A stretch of 64,000 bases of DNA. Origin: a bacterium ADurb.Bin243. Lineage in GTDB: Bacteria; Muiribacteriota; UBA9980. Positions 45,750-54,020 of the stretch are shown here, one piece after another. Made by a program: the position numbers and the translations under genes. Position 1 is the first letter of the stretch, and each line of letters opens with the position of its first letter. The notes beneath the pieces are model-generated. The model was not told the DNA's origin and searched no databases. It was given only the letters and a program-made list of their open reading frames with translations. Location: assembly GCA_002069765.1 (NCBI GenBank), contig MWBZ01000015.1, positions 7,579-71,578 on the forward strand. Reading direction: 5' to 3'.

Positions 45750-47969
45750 ATGAACTTTCAATCATTAAAGGCTCTGCCTTTTTATAAAAATAAAAATATA
45801 TACCTTCCAGGCATGCTGTTCATGGTTTTGATGATATTCATGCCGCTCTTCGAGCGTTACGCCTACAAGTTTTTTTACGCGTCGCTATACGCTTTGTTTG
45901 TGGCGTTTTATGCAGTATTCGTCAAAGACCATAAAATGTCGAAAAGTTTCATAGTGCTGCTGAGGATTTTTTCGTTCGTCTATGTGGCGTTTATCGCGCT
46001 GAGGCACAATATAAACTTCGCCGTGATAGGGTTTCTGACCATTTATCAAATAACCAGGCTTTTAGACGGGTCTTTTTTCAAAAATTACCTGATGAGCTTC
46101 ATTATATATCTGGGCGTATTTTATCTTTCGCTGCCCAACCACGGCGGAATCTGGATTTTACTATATTTCACTTCGTTTATCGTCGTTTCGGTCTATTTTA
46201 TAATTGCCCACTTCGCTCACTACGCCGCGGGCGCAGGGATCGCCGGCGCCGGCGGAAAACCAGTCCCCGAAGCTCCCGGCGGCTTTCATCTATACAGGCT
46301 CGCAAGGCTTTACGTAATTTACGTCATGTTTATTTCTCTCGCCATTTTCATACTCATGCCGCGCATAAGGCTTAATTTTTTCAATCCGTTTCATTTCAGG
46401 CTCTCCGGCATGGCTTCTATATTCAGCTTCAACTCCATCGAAAACATAAAGGAATCCTCTTCCGTAATAATGCGCATAACCAAAGACAACGAAGCCGGAA
46501 CTTATTATAAAATGAAATCTTACAACCGTTACTGGCACAGAAGGCGCGAATGGATCGCCACCGGTTTCGGCAGCCGGAGACTAGCGCCCGATAAAGAACG
46601 CAATTACTTAATAAACGACGACACTTCCGAATTAACGCTCGCAAATGGCGAAGTAGTCAACGCCGTTTTTTATGTAAAATCCAACTCCGAAGGCTACGTG
46701 CCGCATTTATACATTCCTCTTTCGGTCAATATGAACACCGCCATGCTCTATAACGACTATATAGAAAATCTTTATGCGAGCGACGCGGAAGGCACCATAA
46801 AAACGAGCTCATACGTAATAAACCCCGACGAAGAAACGCTCCGAAAAACGCAGGGCCCCGATCCGCTGAGGATAGCCAACTATTATTATTTCATGTACCC
46901 TTCGGAGCTTTCGCGCATAAGGCATCTGGCATGGCGGCTTACAGCCCCGCACGCATCGAGGCTCGACAAGGTCAACGCCATAGTGAACCATCTCCAGAAT
47001 AATTTCAGGTACACCACGGCGGTAGGCGACCTGTACGACGAGTATAAAAACTCCCAGTACGATCCCAACGAGGTTTTCCTTTTTATAATAAAGGCCGGAC
47101 ATTGCGAGTTTTTCGCGTCTTCGATGACGCTGATGTGCCAGTCGGTAGGGATTCCCGCGCGCCTTGTGAGCGGCTTCGCCTCGCCCGAATACAATGAAAA
47201 CGGCAATTATTTCATAGTGCGCGGCAGCGACGCCCACGCCTGGGTAGAAGTGTATTTTCCCAACATAGGGTTCGTAACATTCGATCCCACGGCCGCTTCC
47301 ATTGAAAGCGAACGGTCGCGGTTCAAATACTTTTCGTTTTTAAATAAATATATCGATAACATTAATTTTTATATCGAAAATTATGTTTCTTACTACAGCA
47401 ACGAGTTTTTGATAGGGCTTGCCGTAAATTTTTACCGTTCGCTCAAAGACCTTATCCATGGGGCGTATTTTATCTTTAGCGGCGGCGGTTCCGCCGCCGG
47501 CGGGGCCGATTCGCGCCAGGCCGGGGAATTCATGGAAGGTTTCAAACGCAATTTGCTTTTATTTTCTCCGTTTTTCATATTCCTGTTCATCGTTATCTTT
47601 TCGCCGGCCGTCAAATTGGCCGCTTTTAAATTCTTCAGCCTGTTTCTCGACGAACGCTCTTCTTATAAAATCGCGAAAATAATTTCGCTCGCCCGCCCGT
47701 CCGACGTGGAATTTTACCGCGCGTTTCTCGGCGCGTTCGCGCGCGCGGGGATCGTAAAGAGGCCTTCCGAAACGCCTTACGAATTCAACCGCAAAATATT
47801 CGGCCTCGATATCCTTCCGCAAGAATACAAACCCAGGTGCGAAAAGATAGCCGATCTTTTTTATTCGGTACGCTGCGCGCAAATAAAGCCCGACTCCGCC
47901 GCACTCGACGAAGCACATCTGACTATAATGCAGATAAGCGCCGCGATAACTTCCGGGGTAAAAAAATAA
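45750..47969 (+). CDS. Transglutaminase-like domain membrane protein
   Basis: Multiple N-terminal TM helices. Transglutaminase core GHCEFFASSMTLMCQSVGIPARLVSGF...SDAHAWVEVY...FDPT (Cys-His-Asp triad). Confidence 0.8.
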   Translation: MNFQSLKALPFYKNKNIYLPGMLFMVLMIFMPLFERYAYKFFYASLYALFVAFYAVFVKDHKMSKSFIVLLRIFSFVYVAFIALRHNINFAVIGFLTIYQITRLLDGSFFKNYLMSFIIYLGVFYLSLPNHGGIWILLYFTSFIVVSVYFIIAHFAHYAAGAGIAGAGGKPVPEAPGGFHLYRLARLYVIYVMFISLAIFILMPRIRLNFFNPFHFRLSGMASIFSFNSIENIKESSSVIMRITKDNEAGTYYKMKSYNRYWHRRREWIATGFGSRRLAPDKERNYLINDDTSELTLANGEVVNAVFYVKSNSEGYVPHLYIPLSVNMNTAMLYNDYIENLYASDAEGTIKTSSYVINPDEETLRKTQGPDPLRIANYYYFMYPSELSRIRHLAWRLTAPHASRLDKVNAIVNHLQNNFRYTTAVGDLYDEYKNSQYDPNEVFLFIIKAGHCEFFASSMTLMCQSVGIPARLVSGFASPEYNENGNYFIVRGSDAHAWVEVYFPNIGFVTFDPTAASIESERSRFKYFSFLNKYIDNINFYIENYVSYYSNEFLIGLAVNFYRSLKDLIHGAYFIFSGGGSAAGGADSRQAGEFMEGFKRNLLLFSPFFIFLFIVIFSPAVKLAAFKFFSLFLDERSSYKIAKIISLARPSDVEFYRAFLGAFARAGIVKRPSETPYEFNRKIFGLDILPQEYKPRCEKIADLFYSVRCAQIKPDSAALDEAHLTIMQISAAITSGVKK

Positions 47970-48007
47970 ACGCGCCGCCGCTAAAAAGGCTTCGCGTTTA
48001 TTTTTTA
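47968..48007. terminator. Possible terminator between convergent genes
   Basis: AAACGCG ... CGCGTTT stem (7 bp, long loop) followed by ATTTTTTATTT. The stem-loop is weak. Confidence 0.35.
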
Positions 48008-48049
48008 TTTATTCGTTAGTATGGCTTATTTATAAAGCGCGCGGTTTAA

Positions 48050-48502
48050 TTAATATAAATCGCAGGTGGGAAAGGATTCTCCGGCCTTCTGTTCGCTCGG
48101 CGGAAGCGAAATATGCATATGCACGAAACGCCACTGATCGTCCTGATTTTCGAGGACCGCGCTGAGCCTGGTTAAAAATTCTTTCGTTTTGCCTTTTATC
48201 TTCGTTTTAAAATCTACTTCGGCGGCGAGCCATGCCACTTCGCCCATTACGGAAACCGTTTCCCATTTCTGGCTTACATGGACTTTTTCGGACTGAACGA
48301 AATCACGTTCGAACTGGCTTTTCAACTTATCAAGGCCCAGGCATCTTTCGTCGCTGCCGGTCCCTATAAAAACAACGCCGGGTTTATTTGAAAAAAGATC
48401 GATAACGCCGTTAACGTCTTTTTTTTCATAAGATTTCATAAAATGTTCCAGTGCGCCTTTGACTTTTGTTTCCGGTTTCATAACTTCATTCCCCTTTATC
48501 AA
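48050..48502 (-). CDS. NTF2-like / SnoaL-like small protein (DUF4440-like)
   Basis: 150 aa. The pattern resembles the NTF2-like fold. Low specificity. Confidence 0.4.
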   Translation of the reverse strand: MIKGNEVMKPETKVKGALEHFMKSYEKKDVNGVIDLFSNKPGVVFIGTGSDERCLGLDKLKSQFERDFVQSEKVHVSQKWETVSVMGEVAWLAAEVDFKTKIKGKTKEFLTRLSAVLENQDDQWRFVHMHISLPPSEQKAGESFPTCDLY

Positions 48503-48621
48503 TAAAGTAGTGTGTTACAATACTCTATACTTTATTTTTTTTAATATTATATCACAACCCGTTATTTTTTTCAATATTATTATGTCCGGCCGCAGCCGGG
48601 CGCGGCGGAGGCCGCCTCACC

Positions 48622-50049
48622 TTAAACCAGCGACGCTTCTTCTTTTTCGCCTGCGCCTTCCGCGGACGCGGCATCTTTTTTTTCGGATTCCGCTTCGCCG
48701 GTCAGCGCCGGGATCATATTTTTTTCTTTAAGATCGGCGTAAATAGACTCAGGAAGTCCGATTTCGGCCAGCTTTATAAGAAGTTCGGCCTCGAGTATCT
48801 GCGGGTTCTGGTTGATAATTGCCATAACCCTTGGCAGCATTACCGACAGGCGTTTTTCTTCGAGGTCTTTCTTTTTATCGGAAGCCTTTGACAGCGTGGC
48901 GTTTATCCTGGCTATCTGCGACTCGATGCGGTCTTTTTCGCTCTGAGTGGGATAGGTGCCGTCGGCCTTCTTCGAATTCATTTTATTATAAAGCCCCTGG
49001 CGGTCCTTGGTTCCGCTGCGGTATATCTCGGTGACGTAATTTAGCGCGCTGTCGTAATCGTCGAGGCGCACGTAAAGGTCTTCGATTAAATCTACCGCGT
49101 TCAGCCGCTTTTCGGGCGTATCGAAATAATCTTCGTTGGTATATGAAAGCGTATAGTTTTTTACGGCCAGCGACAGCGCGGACTTTTCGTTCAGCGGAAG
49201 ATCGGGCCAGTGAGTCATCAGCGACATCAAAAAATCTACGAACGAAGGAAAATTGTAATAAGGCTGATTGCCGGCCGAGGCCGTGTCGCCGTTTAATTTT
49301 CCCTGCTGGTCCAACACCGCGGTGGTTTTCAGGCGGCCGAGGCTCGCGGGTATATTTTTAACGTTCGATAAAAAGCCTGCTATATTGGCGTAATAAGGAT
49401 TATTCATGGGCGTTTCGCCGCCGTAAATTTCGGAAAGCCTGTTTTTTATGTTGGAGAGCAGTTTCGTAACGCTGGCTTCGAGTTTTGAATAATTAGAATC
49501 TATCTCGTCGAAGCTTTTAAAAATTTGTTTAAGCCGTATCGATTCCACACTGTTATCGGGAGTGCCGTATTTTTCGCGGTAGAGCCAGGCGAGCCTCAAG
49601 TATATGCGCGCGAGCTTGAAATAGCTTTTATCTTCGACCCTGGTGGGGATTTCGTTTATATACGCCGCCGTCAGATACTGGTTTACGGTAGTTTCAAAAG
49701 AGGGGATACTGAGATCGGTATATCTTAAAATCTCGCTCATAAAAGGCATTTTAATAACTTCGGCGGGCTTATATATTTTACGCATCGCCAGTATTTTGGA
49801 ATCGGTCTTTTTTTCGAAATTTTCGGTAAAATCGGTATAATAACATTTCGGGCAGCGCCACATGGAATAATGCATGGGGTTGATCGATGCGAATTCGGGT
49901 TCGGTCCATTTATAAGATTTTGGACGCTGGTCGGATTCTTTGTCCAGCACTGCGTAAAGGCCTACCTTCATTTTGTAGGTTTGAAACTGTTCAAGGCATA
50001 TCGGGCACGTAACGGTTACCGTTATAAACGGCGTTTTTTTCTGTTCCAT
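48622..50049 (-). CDS. Zinc-ribbon protein with long helical C-terminal region (hypothetical)
   Basis: CPICLEQF...CPKCYYTDF zinc ribbon. The start is placed at the internal ATG (50049), which has an AGAGG RBS and avoids a 44-nt overlap with the upstream gene. Confidence 0.5.
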   Translation of the reverse strand: MEQKKTPFITVTVTCPICLEQFQTYKMKVGLYAVLDKESDQRPKSYKWTEPEFASINPMHYSMWRCPKCYYTDFTENFEKKTDSKILAMRKIYKPAEVIKMPFMSEILRYTDLSIPSFETTVNQYLTAAYINEIPTRVEDKSYFKLARIYLRLAWLYREKYGTPDNSVESIRLKQIFKSFDEIDSNYSKLEASVTKLLSNIKNRLSEIYGGETPMNNPYYANIAGFLSNVKNIPASLGRLKTTAVLDQQGKLNGDTASAGNQPYYNFPSFVDFLMSLMTHWPDLPLNEKSALSLAVKNYTLSYTNEDYFDTPEKRLNAVDLIEDLYVRLDDYDSALNYVTEIYRSGTKDRQGLYNKMNSKKADGTYPTQSEKDRIESQIARINATLSKASDKKKDLEEKRLSVMLPRVMAIINQNPQILEAELLIKLAEIGLPESIYADLKEKNMIPALTGEAESEKKDAASAEGAGEKEEASLV

Positions 50050-50137
50050 ATTTACCTCTATATTATTTTTAATGGAATTACATGTTAAATCGATTAAAAA
50101 GGCGTGATGCCGGGCTTTACCCGGCGGATGAATCAGT

Positions 50138-52083
50138 TTAATCGCGGCCGGATTTTTGCGCTTCGCCGCGAAGTTTTTCATACGCGTTTTTATAAAATAT
50201 ATATTTCTTGAGACGGTCTTCTAATGCGGCGCGGCAGCGTTCGTCGTTTAAATCGCAGGCCGCAAGGTAGTCGGCGTAATCTTTATATGCCTTCTTCATT
50301 AAAGCCATGGCCTGGTTAAGAGTGCGGGCTTCGGCGAAACCCGGTGATTTATCGCCGGAAAAGACAGGCGTTGATTTTTTTTCAGCTATATCAGCCGCCG
50401 GGCCTTCGACGGGACTTAACGCGACGGCGCTTTTTGCGCCCGTTTTAAAAAATTCGAGGGCTTGCGCCAGCCCGGCCGGATCAGCCGCGGCGGCGAGAGC
50501 GTATTCTTTTTCGTAAAGGCTTTTTAACGGCGAATATATTTTCTGGCCGAACGTTTTTTCCGAATAGCTTTTTGCGCGCTTTGCAGTTTTATCTTTAAAA
50601 GCGGCTATTTTTGCGTCCAGCGCGGCGCATAAGGCGGCGTCGTTTCCAGCGGCCGCAGCGCTTCTTGCCGCCGCGTAGCTTTTAACCGCGCCGGCGCTAA
50701 TGAAAGCCGCGTCATTCGCTGCCTGTTTTGCGATATACTTCACGGGATTCAGTTTAGAGGCCAGGTAAGCTTCGCGGCAGGCTAAAAGCCTTTCGTTTTG
50801 AGCTTTTCTGATAATTTCAGCCGGCGCGGCGGCGATACCGGCCGCTTTAATTTCGGCCTCGTTTTTTTCTTTTTGATATTCGATAAAGGCGTCTATATAT
50901 TCGCGTTTTTCGCCCGAATCGGAGCCAGGGATAAACGAATACCAGCGGGGCTCTTTAAGTTTTTTATAAGCGGATTTATATTTTTTTTCTTTTTCGGTAG
51001 GCTTTTGAGAAGCCGCACCGTCGGTATAATCGATTATTTCTTCGTAGGTAAGGCCTTTTTTCAGTAAAAGCGCAGACAGGAATTTGCCCATGGATTGGGT
51101 GGATTTGGATCTGGATTCAAAAAATTTTGAAACAAAATTTTCTATTTTACCGGAAGTTAGTTTTGACGTTCTAATAAAATCCGTGTCGCGCGCGATAACC
51201 GATGCAAACTGCATGCCGATATAGGTGATATCGCTGATTTGTTTATTTATAAAAGACTTGAACGCGTTCTCCGAGATATTTATACCCGCTCCGGCGGAAA
51301 TTTTTGCCTCGACAAAACCGGCGGTGTCGTAAAACCCGCCCGCGCAGTTGACGCCCATATAGCAGTCAGAGTAAAACGACCTGGCCTGCTCGAAAAGTTC
51401 GGGATTTTCGTCTATAATTATATCAAATATTGCTTTCTGAACGGCGATTCCGGCTTTGAAAAGCGCTTCTTTTTTTGCGAAAGAAGCTTTATCGAACGCC
51501 GCCTTTTTTTCAGCCGTGAGATTATACTCATCGAGAGCGGCCTTAACCAGAGACGAATCCACGTCGGGAACGAATTTGCCGAACCTGGAGTTGTATCCGT
51601 AAAAGTAATCGTAATAGCAGAGCATATCCATAAAAAGATATGCCACGTAATGATCCAGTTCGGTTTTTACCCTGAAAGTTTTTTTTGTATTGGCGTACCC
51701 GGCCGGGGCGTGGGCCGTTTCGTCTGCCGCCACGTGCGACAGGTATCCGTAAATATTGCAAATCATGTTTTTATCGCGGCTTTTATCGAGTTTTGACAGA
51801 AGCCTCAACGCGGCGCGGTAAAAATTATCGCCATGGAATATCGAATAAAATTCATCTTTTGAAGCGGGACTTATAAAATCTGTAGTGATATCCGGCAGGG
51901 ACGAAGAAAAAACGGCCTGCGGCATGAGAGACGAAAATTTAGAAAGCGCTTCCGCGCTGATGGCGGCATGGGTATAGGTGGACCATGCCATTGCCGGAGG
52001 TTTTAATCCGAACATGAACGCGAAGCAAACGTATGAAATAATTAAGACGCTTATTATTTGTTTTAAAAATTTATTTTTCATGT
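50138..52083 (-). CDS. Secreted zinc-dependent phospholipase C / S1-P1 nuclease superfamily-like protein with Ala-rich helical C-terminus
   Basis: The signal peptide ends ...PPAMA, so the mature protein starts WSTYTHAAIS. This is the N-terminal Trp plus His arrangement of Zn-PLC and P1 nuclease. A later SHVAADETAHAP motif is also present. Start taken at the ATG at 52083. Confidence 0.45.
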
Positions 52084-52211
52084 TATAATTATACAAAATA
52101 GATCGGTGAATGTCAAAAAAATCCTGCATGCAGTTAAAAATATTGTTTTTTTCTCATATCGCATAAGTAAAACACTTTAACCGAGTCGAGAGTTCAGAAC
52201 GGAGATCGATT

Positions 52212-53078
52212 GTGATAAAACGCTTTAAAATTTATAAATATGCATTGGCATTGGCCGTCTTCCTTATATTTACCGCAGGCCTATTAACGGTTTGCGAGTT
52301 TTCTTCGGCCGCGGACAAAAAATATTTATGGCTCGCCTCTTACGACGAAGCCGATTCTATAAAATCAAGAATAGCGCCGCCCGAAGGTTATAAACGAACG
52401 GCGGAGGAACCGGGCAGTTTCGCCGAATGGCTCCGCTCGCTCCCGCTCAAGCCCGGAAAGCCGCCGGTATATCTTTATAATAAAAAATTAAAAGCCGACC
52501 AGAGCGCCCATTACGCGGTAGTGGATATCGGCTGCGGCACGCGGGACCTTCAGCAATGCGCCGACGCGGTTATGAGGCTCCGGGCCGAATATCTTTTCGC
52601 CAGAGGCGAAATAAAATCCATATCGTTCATGCTCAGCGATGGAAAGCTCACTCCTTTCACCGGCTGGCTCAAGGAAAGACTGATTAAAAGCGGCCGTCCG
52701 GCCGGCGAAACAGAAATATTAAAAGCCGCCACCTATGAAAATTTTCAGAAATATATGATTTATATATTTTCATACGCCGGCACGTATTCGCTTTCAAAAT
52801 CTCTGAAAAAAGTCAAAAGCGCCAAAGAAATAAGGTGCGGCGACGTATTCGTAAAAGGCGGCTTTCCTGGCCACGCCGTAATCGTGGCCGATACGGCGGC
52901 AAACGAAAAAGGCGAAAAAGTTTTTCTTCTGCTGCAAAGCTATATGCCCGCCCAGGACGTTCACGTGCTGAACAACCCGGCCGGCGGAAACCTGCATCCA
53001 TGGTACGGCGCCGATTTCGGCGAAACGCTGGGCACTCCCGAATGGGACTTTACTAAAGACCAGCTTATGAGATTTTAA
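52212..53078 (+). CDS. Secreted/membrane-anchored hypothetical protein
   Basis: N-terminal hydrophobic segment. No confident motif. Confidence 0.45.
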   Translation: MIKRFKIYKYALALAVFLIFTAGLLTVCEFSSAADKKYLWLASYDEADSIKSRIAPPEGYKRTAEEPGSFAEWLRSLPLKPGKPPVYLYNKKLKADQSAHYAVVDIGCGTRDLQQCADAVMRLRAEYLFARGEIKSISFMLSDGKLTPFTGWLKERLIKSGRPAGETEILKAATYENFQKYMIYIFSYAGTYSLSKSLKKVKSAKEIRCGDVFVKGGFPGHAVIVADTAANEKGEKVFLLLQSYMPAQDVHVLNNPAGGNLHPWYGADFGETLGTPEWDFTKDQLMRF

Positions 53079-53121
53079 ATTATATGCAGCATCCTTAAGC
53101 CTGCGAAAAGGAATCGAAAAA

Positions 53122-53619
53122 ATGTGCGTTATAAAAACCGAAGACCTTTGCGCCGAAGAAAGAGCGGCGTACGAATCCTATATGCGCGCCGCGCTAGAAG
53201 AAGCGCGCCTTTGCTCTGAAAGCGACGACGTTCCGGTAGGAGCGGTGGCCGTTTTAGACGGCCGGATAGTGGGGCGCGGCCGCAACGCCCGCGAAAAACG
53301 CCGCTCGCCGCTGTGGCACGCCGAAATGCAGGCATGCGAAGAGGCCGCTTCGCGCCTGGGGCGCTGGAACTTGAGCGGCGTTATAATAGTAGCCACCAAA
53401 GAGCCGTGCGTCATGTGCGCGGGACTTTTAGTGCAGTCGCGCATTTCGGCCTGCGTTTTCGCGGTATCCGATAAAAAGGGCGGCGGCTGCGGAGGCAATA
53501 TGCAGATAGCCTGCAATCCCTCGCTCAATCACAGGGTCCGCCTGGTCTCGGGCGTGCTGGAATCCGAATGCCTCGAATTGCTCCGCGGCTTCTTTCAAAA
53601 AAAGCGAAAAATAACGTAA
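53122..53619 (+). CDS. tadA: tRNA-specific adenosine deaminase
   Basis: Cytidine/deoxycytidylate deaminase zinc motifs HAEMQACEEA and PCVMCAG, with a size typical of TadA. Confidence 0.85.
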   Translation: MCVIKTEDLCAEERAAYESYMRAALEEARLCSESDDVPVGAVAVLDGRIVGRGRNAREKRRSPLWHAEMQACEEAASRLGRWNLSGVIIVATKEPCVMCAGLLVQSRISACVFAVSDKKGGGCGGNMQIACNPSLNHRVRLVSGVLESECLELLRGFFQKKRKIT

Positions 53620-53627
53620 CAAAATCA

Positions 53628-53656
53628 TTGACAACACTTTTAAGTTATGATATAAT
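53628..53656 (+). promoter_or_regulatory. Consensus sigma70 promoter of the tRNA cluster
   Basis: TTGACA (53628-53633), 17-nt spacer, TATAAT (53651-53656), with the tRNA 5' end about 14 nt downstream. Confidence 0.7.
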
Positions 53657-53669
53657 AAATGTGTCATGT

Positions 53670-53751
53670 GGAGGAATCGCCTAATGGTATGGCAGCAGAC
53701 TTGAAATCTGCCGCGGGCAACCGTGTGAGAGTTCGAATCCCTCTTCCTCCG
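53670..53751 (+). tRNA. tRNA-Ser (anticodon TGA)
   Basis: 7-bp acceptor stem GGAGGAA/TTCCTCC. Anticodon stem GCAGA/TCTGC with loop CTTGAAA. Long variable arm (class II). T-loop TTCGAAT. Discriminator G. Confidence 0.8.
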
Positions 53752-53759
53752 CTTTGCAT

Positions 53760-53847
53760 GGAGAGATGGCCGAGTGGTCGAAGGCGCATGCCTGCTAAGT
53801 GTGTATACTCCAAAAGAGTATCGAGGGTCCGAATCCCTCTCTCTCCG
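53760..53847 (+). tRNA. tRNA-Ser (anticodon GCT)
   Basis: Acceptor stem GGAGAGA/TCTCTCC. D-arm GGCCGAGTGGTCGAAGGC as in E. coli tRNA-Ser(GCU). Anticodon loop CTGCTAA; the stem includes two G-U pairs. Long variable arm TATACTCCAAAAGAGTATC. Confidence 0.7.
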
Positions 53848-53869
53848 TTTAAAAATATAATATCATCGT

Positions 53870-53942
53870 GTGCCTGTAGCTCAATGGATAGAGCGTCGGA
53901 CTACGGATCCGCAGGTTGGTGGTTCAACTCCACTCAGGCACA
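53870..53942 (+). tRNA. tRNA-Arg (anticodon ACG)
   Basis: Acceptor stem GTGCCTG/CAGGCAC. D-arm GCTCAATGGATAGAGC. Anticodon loop CTACGGA. T-arm GGTGG-TTCAACT-CCACT. Discriminator A. One mismatch at the top of the anticodon stem. Confidence 0.7.
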
Positions 53943-53956
53943 CTAAATTTTTAAGA

Positions 53957-53985
53957 AAGGGCGTATTTATAATGCGCCCTTTTCT
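53957..53985 (+). terminator. Probable terminator after the tRNA cluster
   Basis: AAGGGCG / CGCCCTT stem with an 11-nt loop, followed by TTTCT. Confidence 0.45.
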
Positions 53986-54020
53986 GATATAACGGCATCG
54001 CTAACAACAGGCGGAACACG

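Noticed and set aside
50138-50181. 44-nt overlap between the zinc-ribbon gene and the upstream PLC-like gene, as given by the longest ORFs
   Set aside because: An internal ATG at 50049 has an AGAGG RBS and begins right before the zinc ribbon. Longest-ORF extension through an upstream gene's 3' end is a common artefact.
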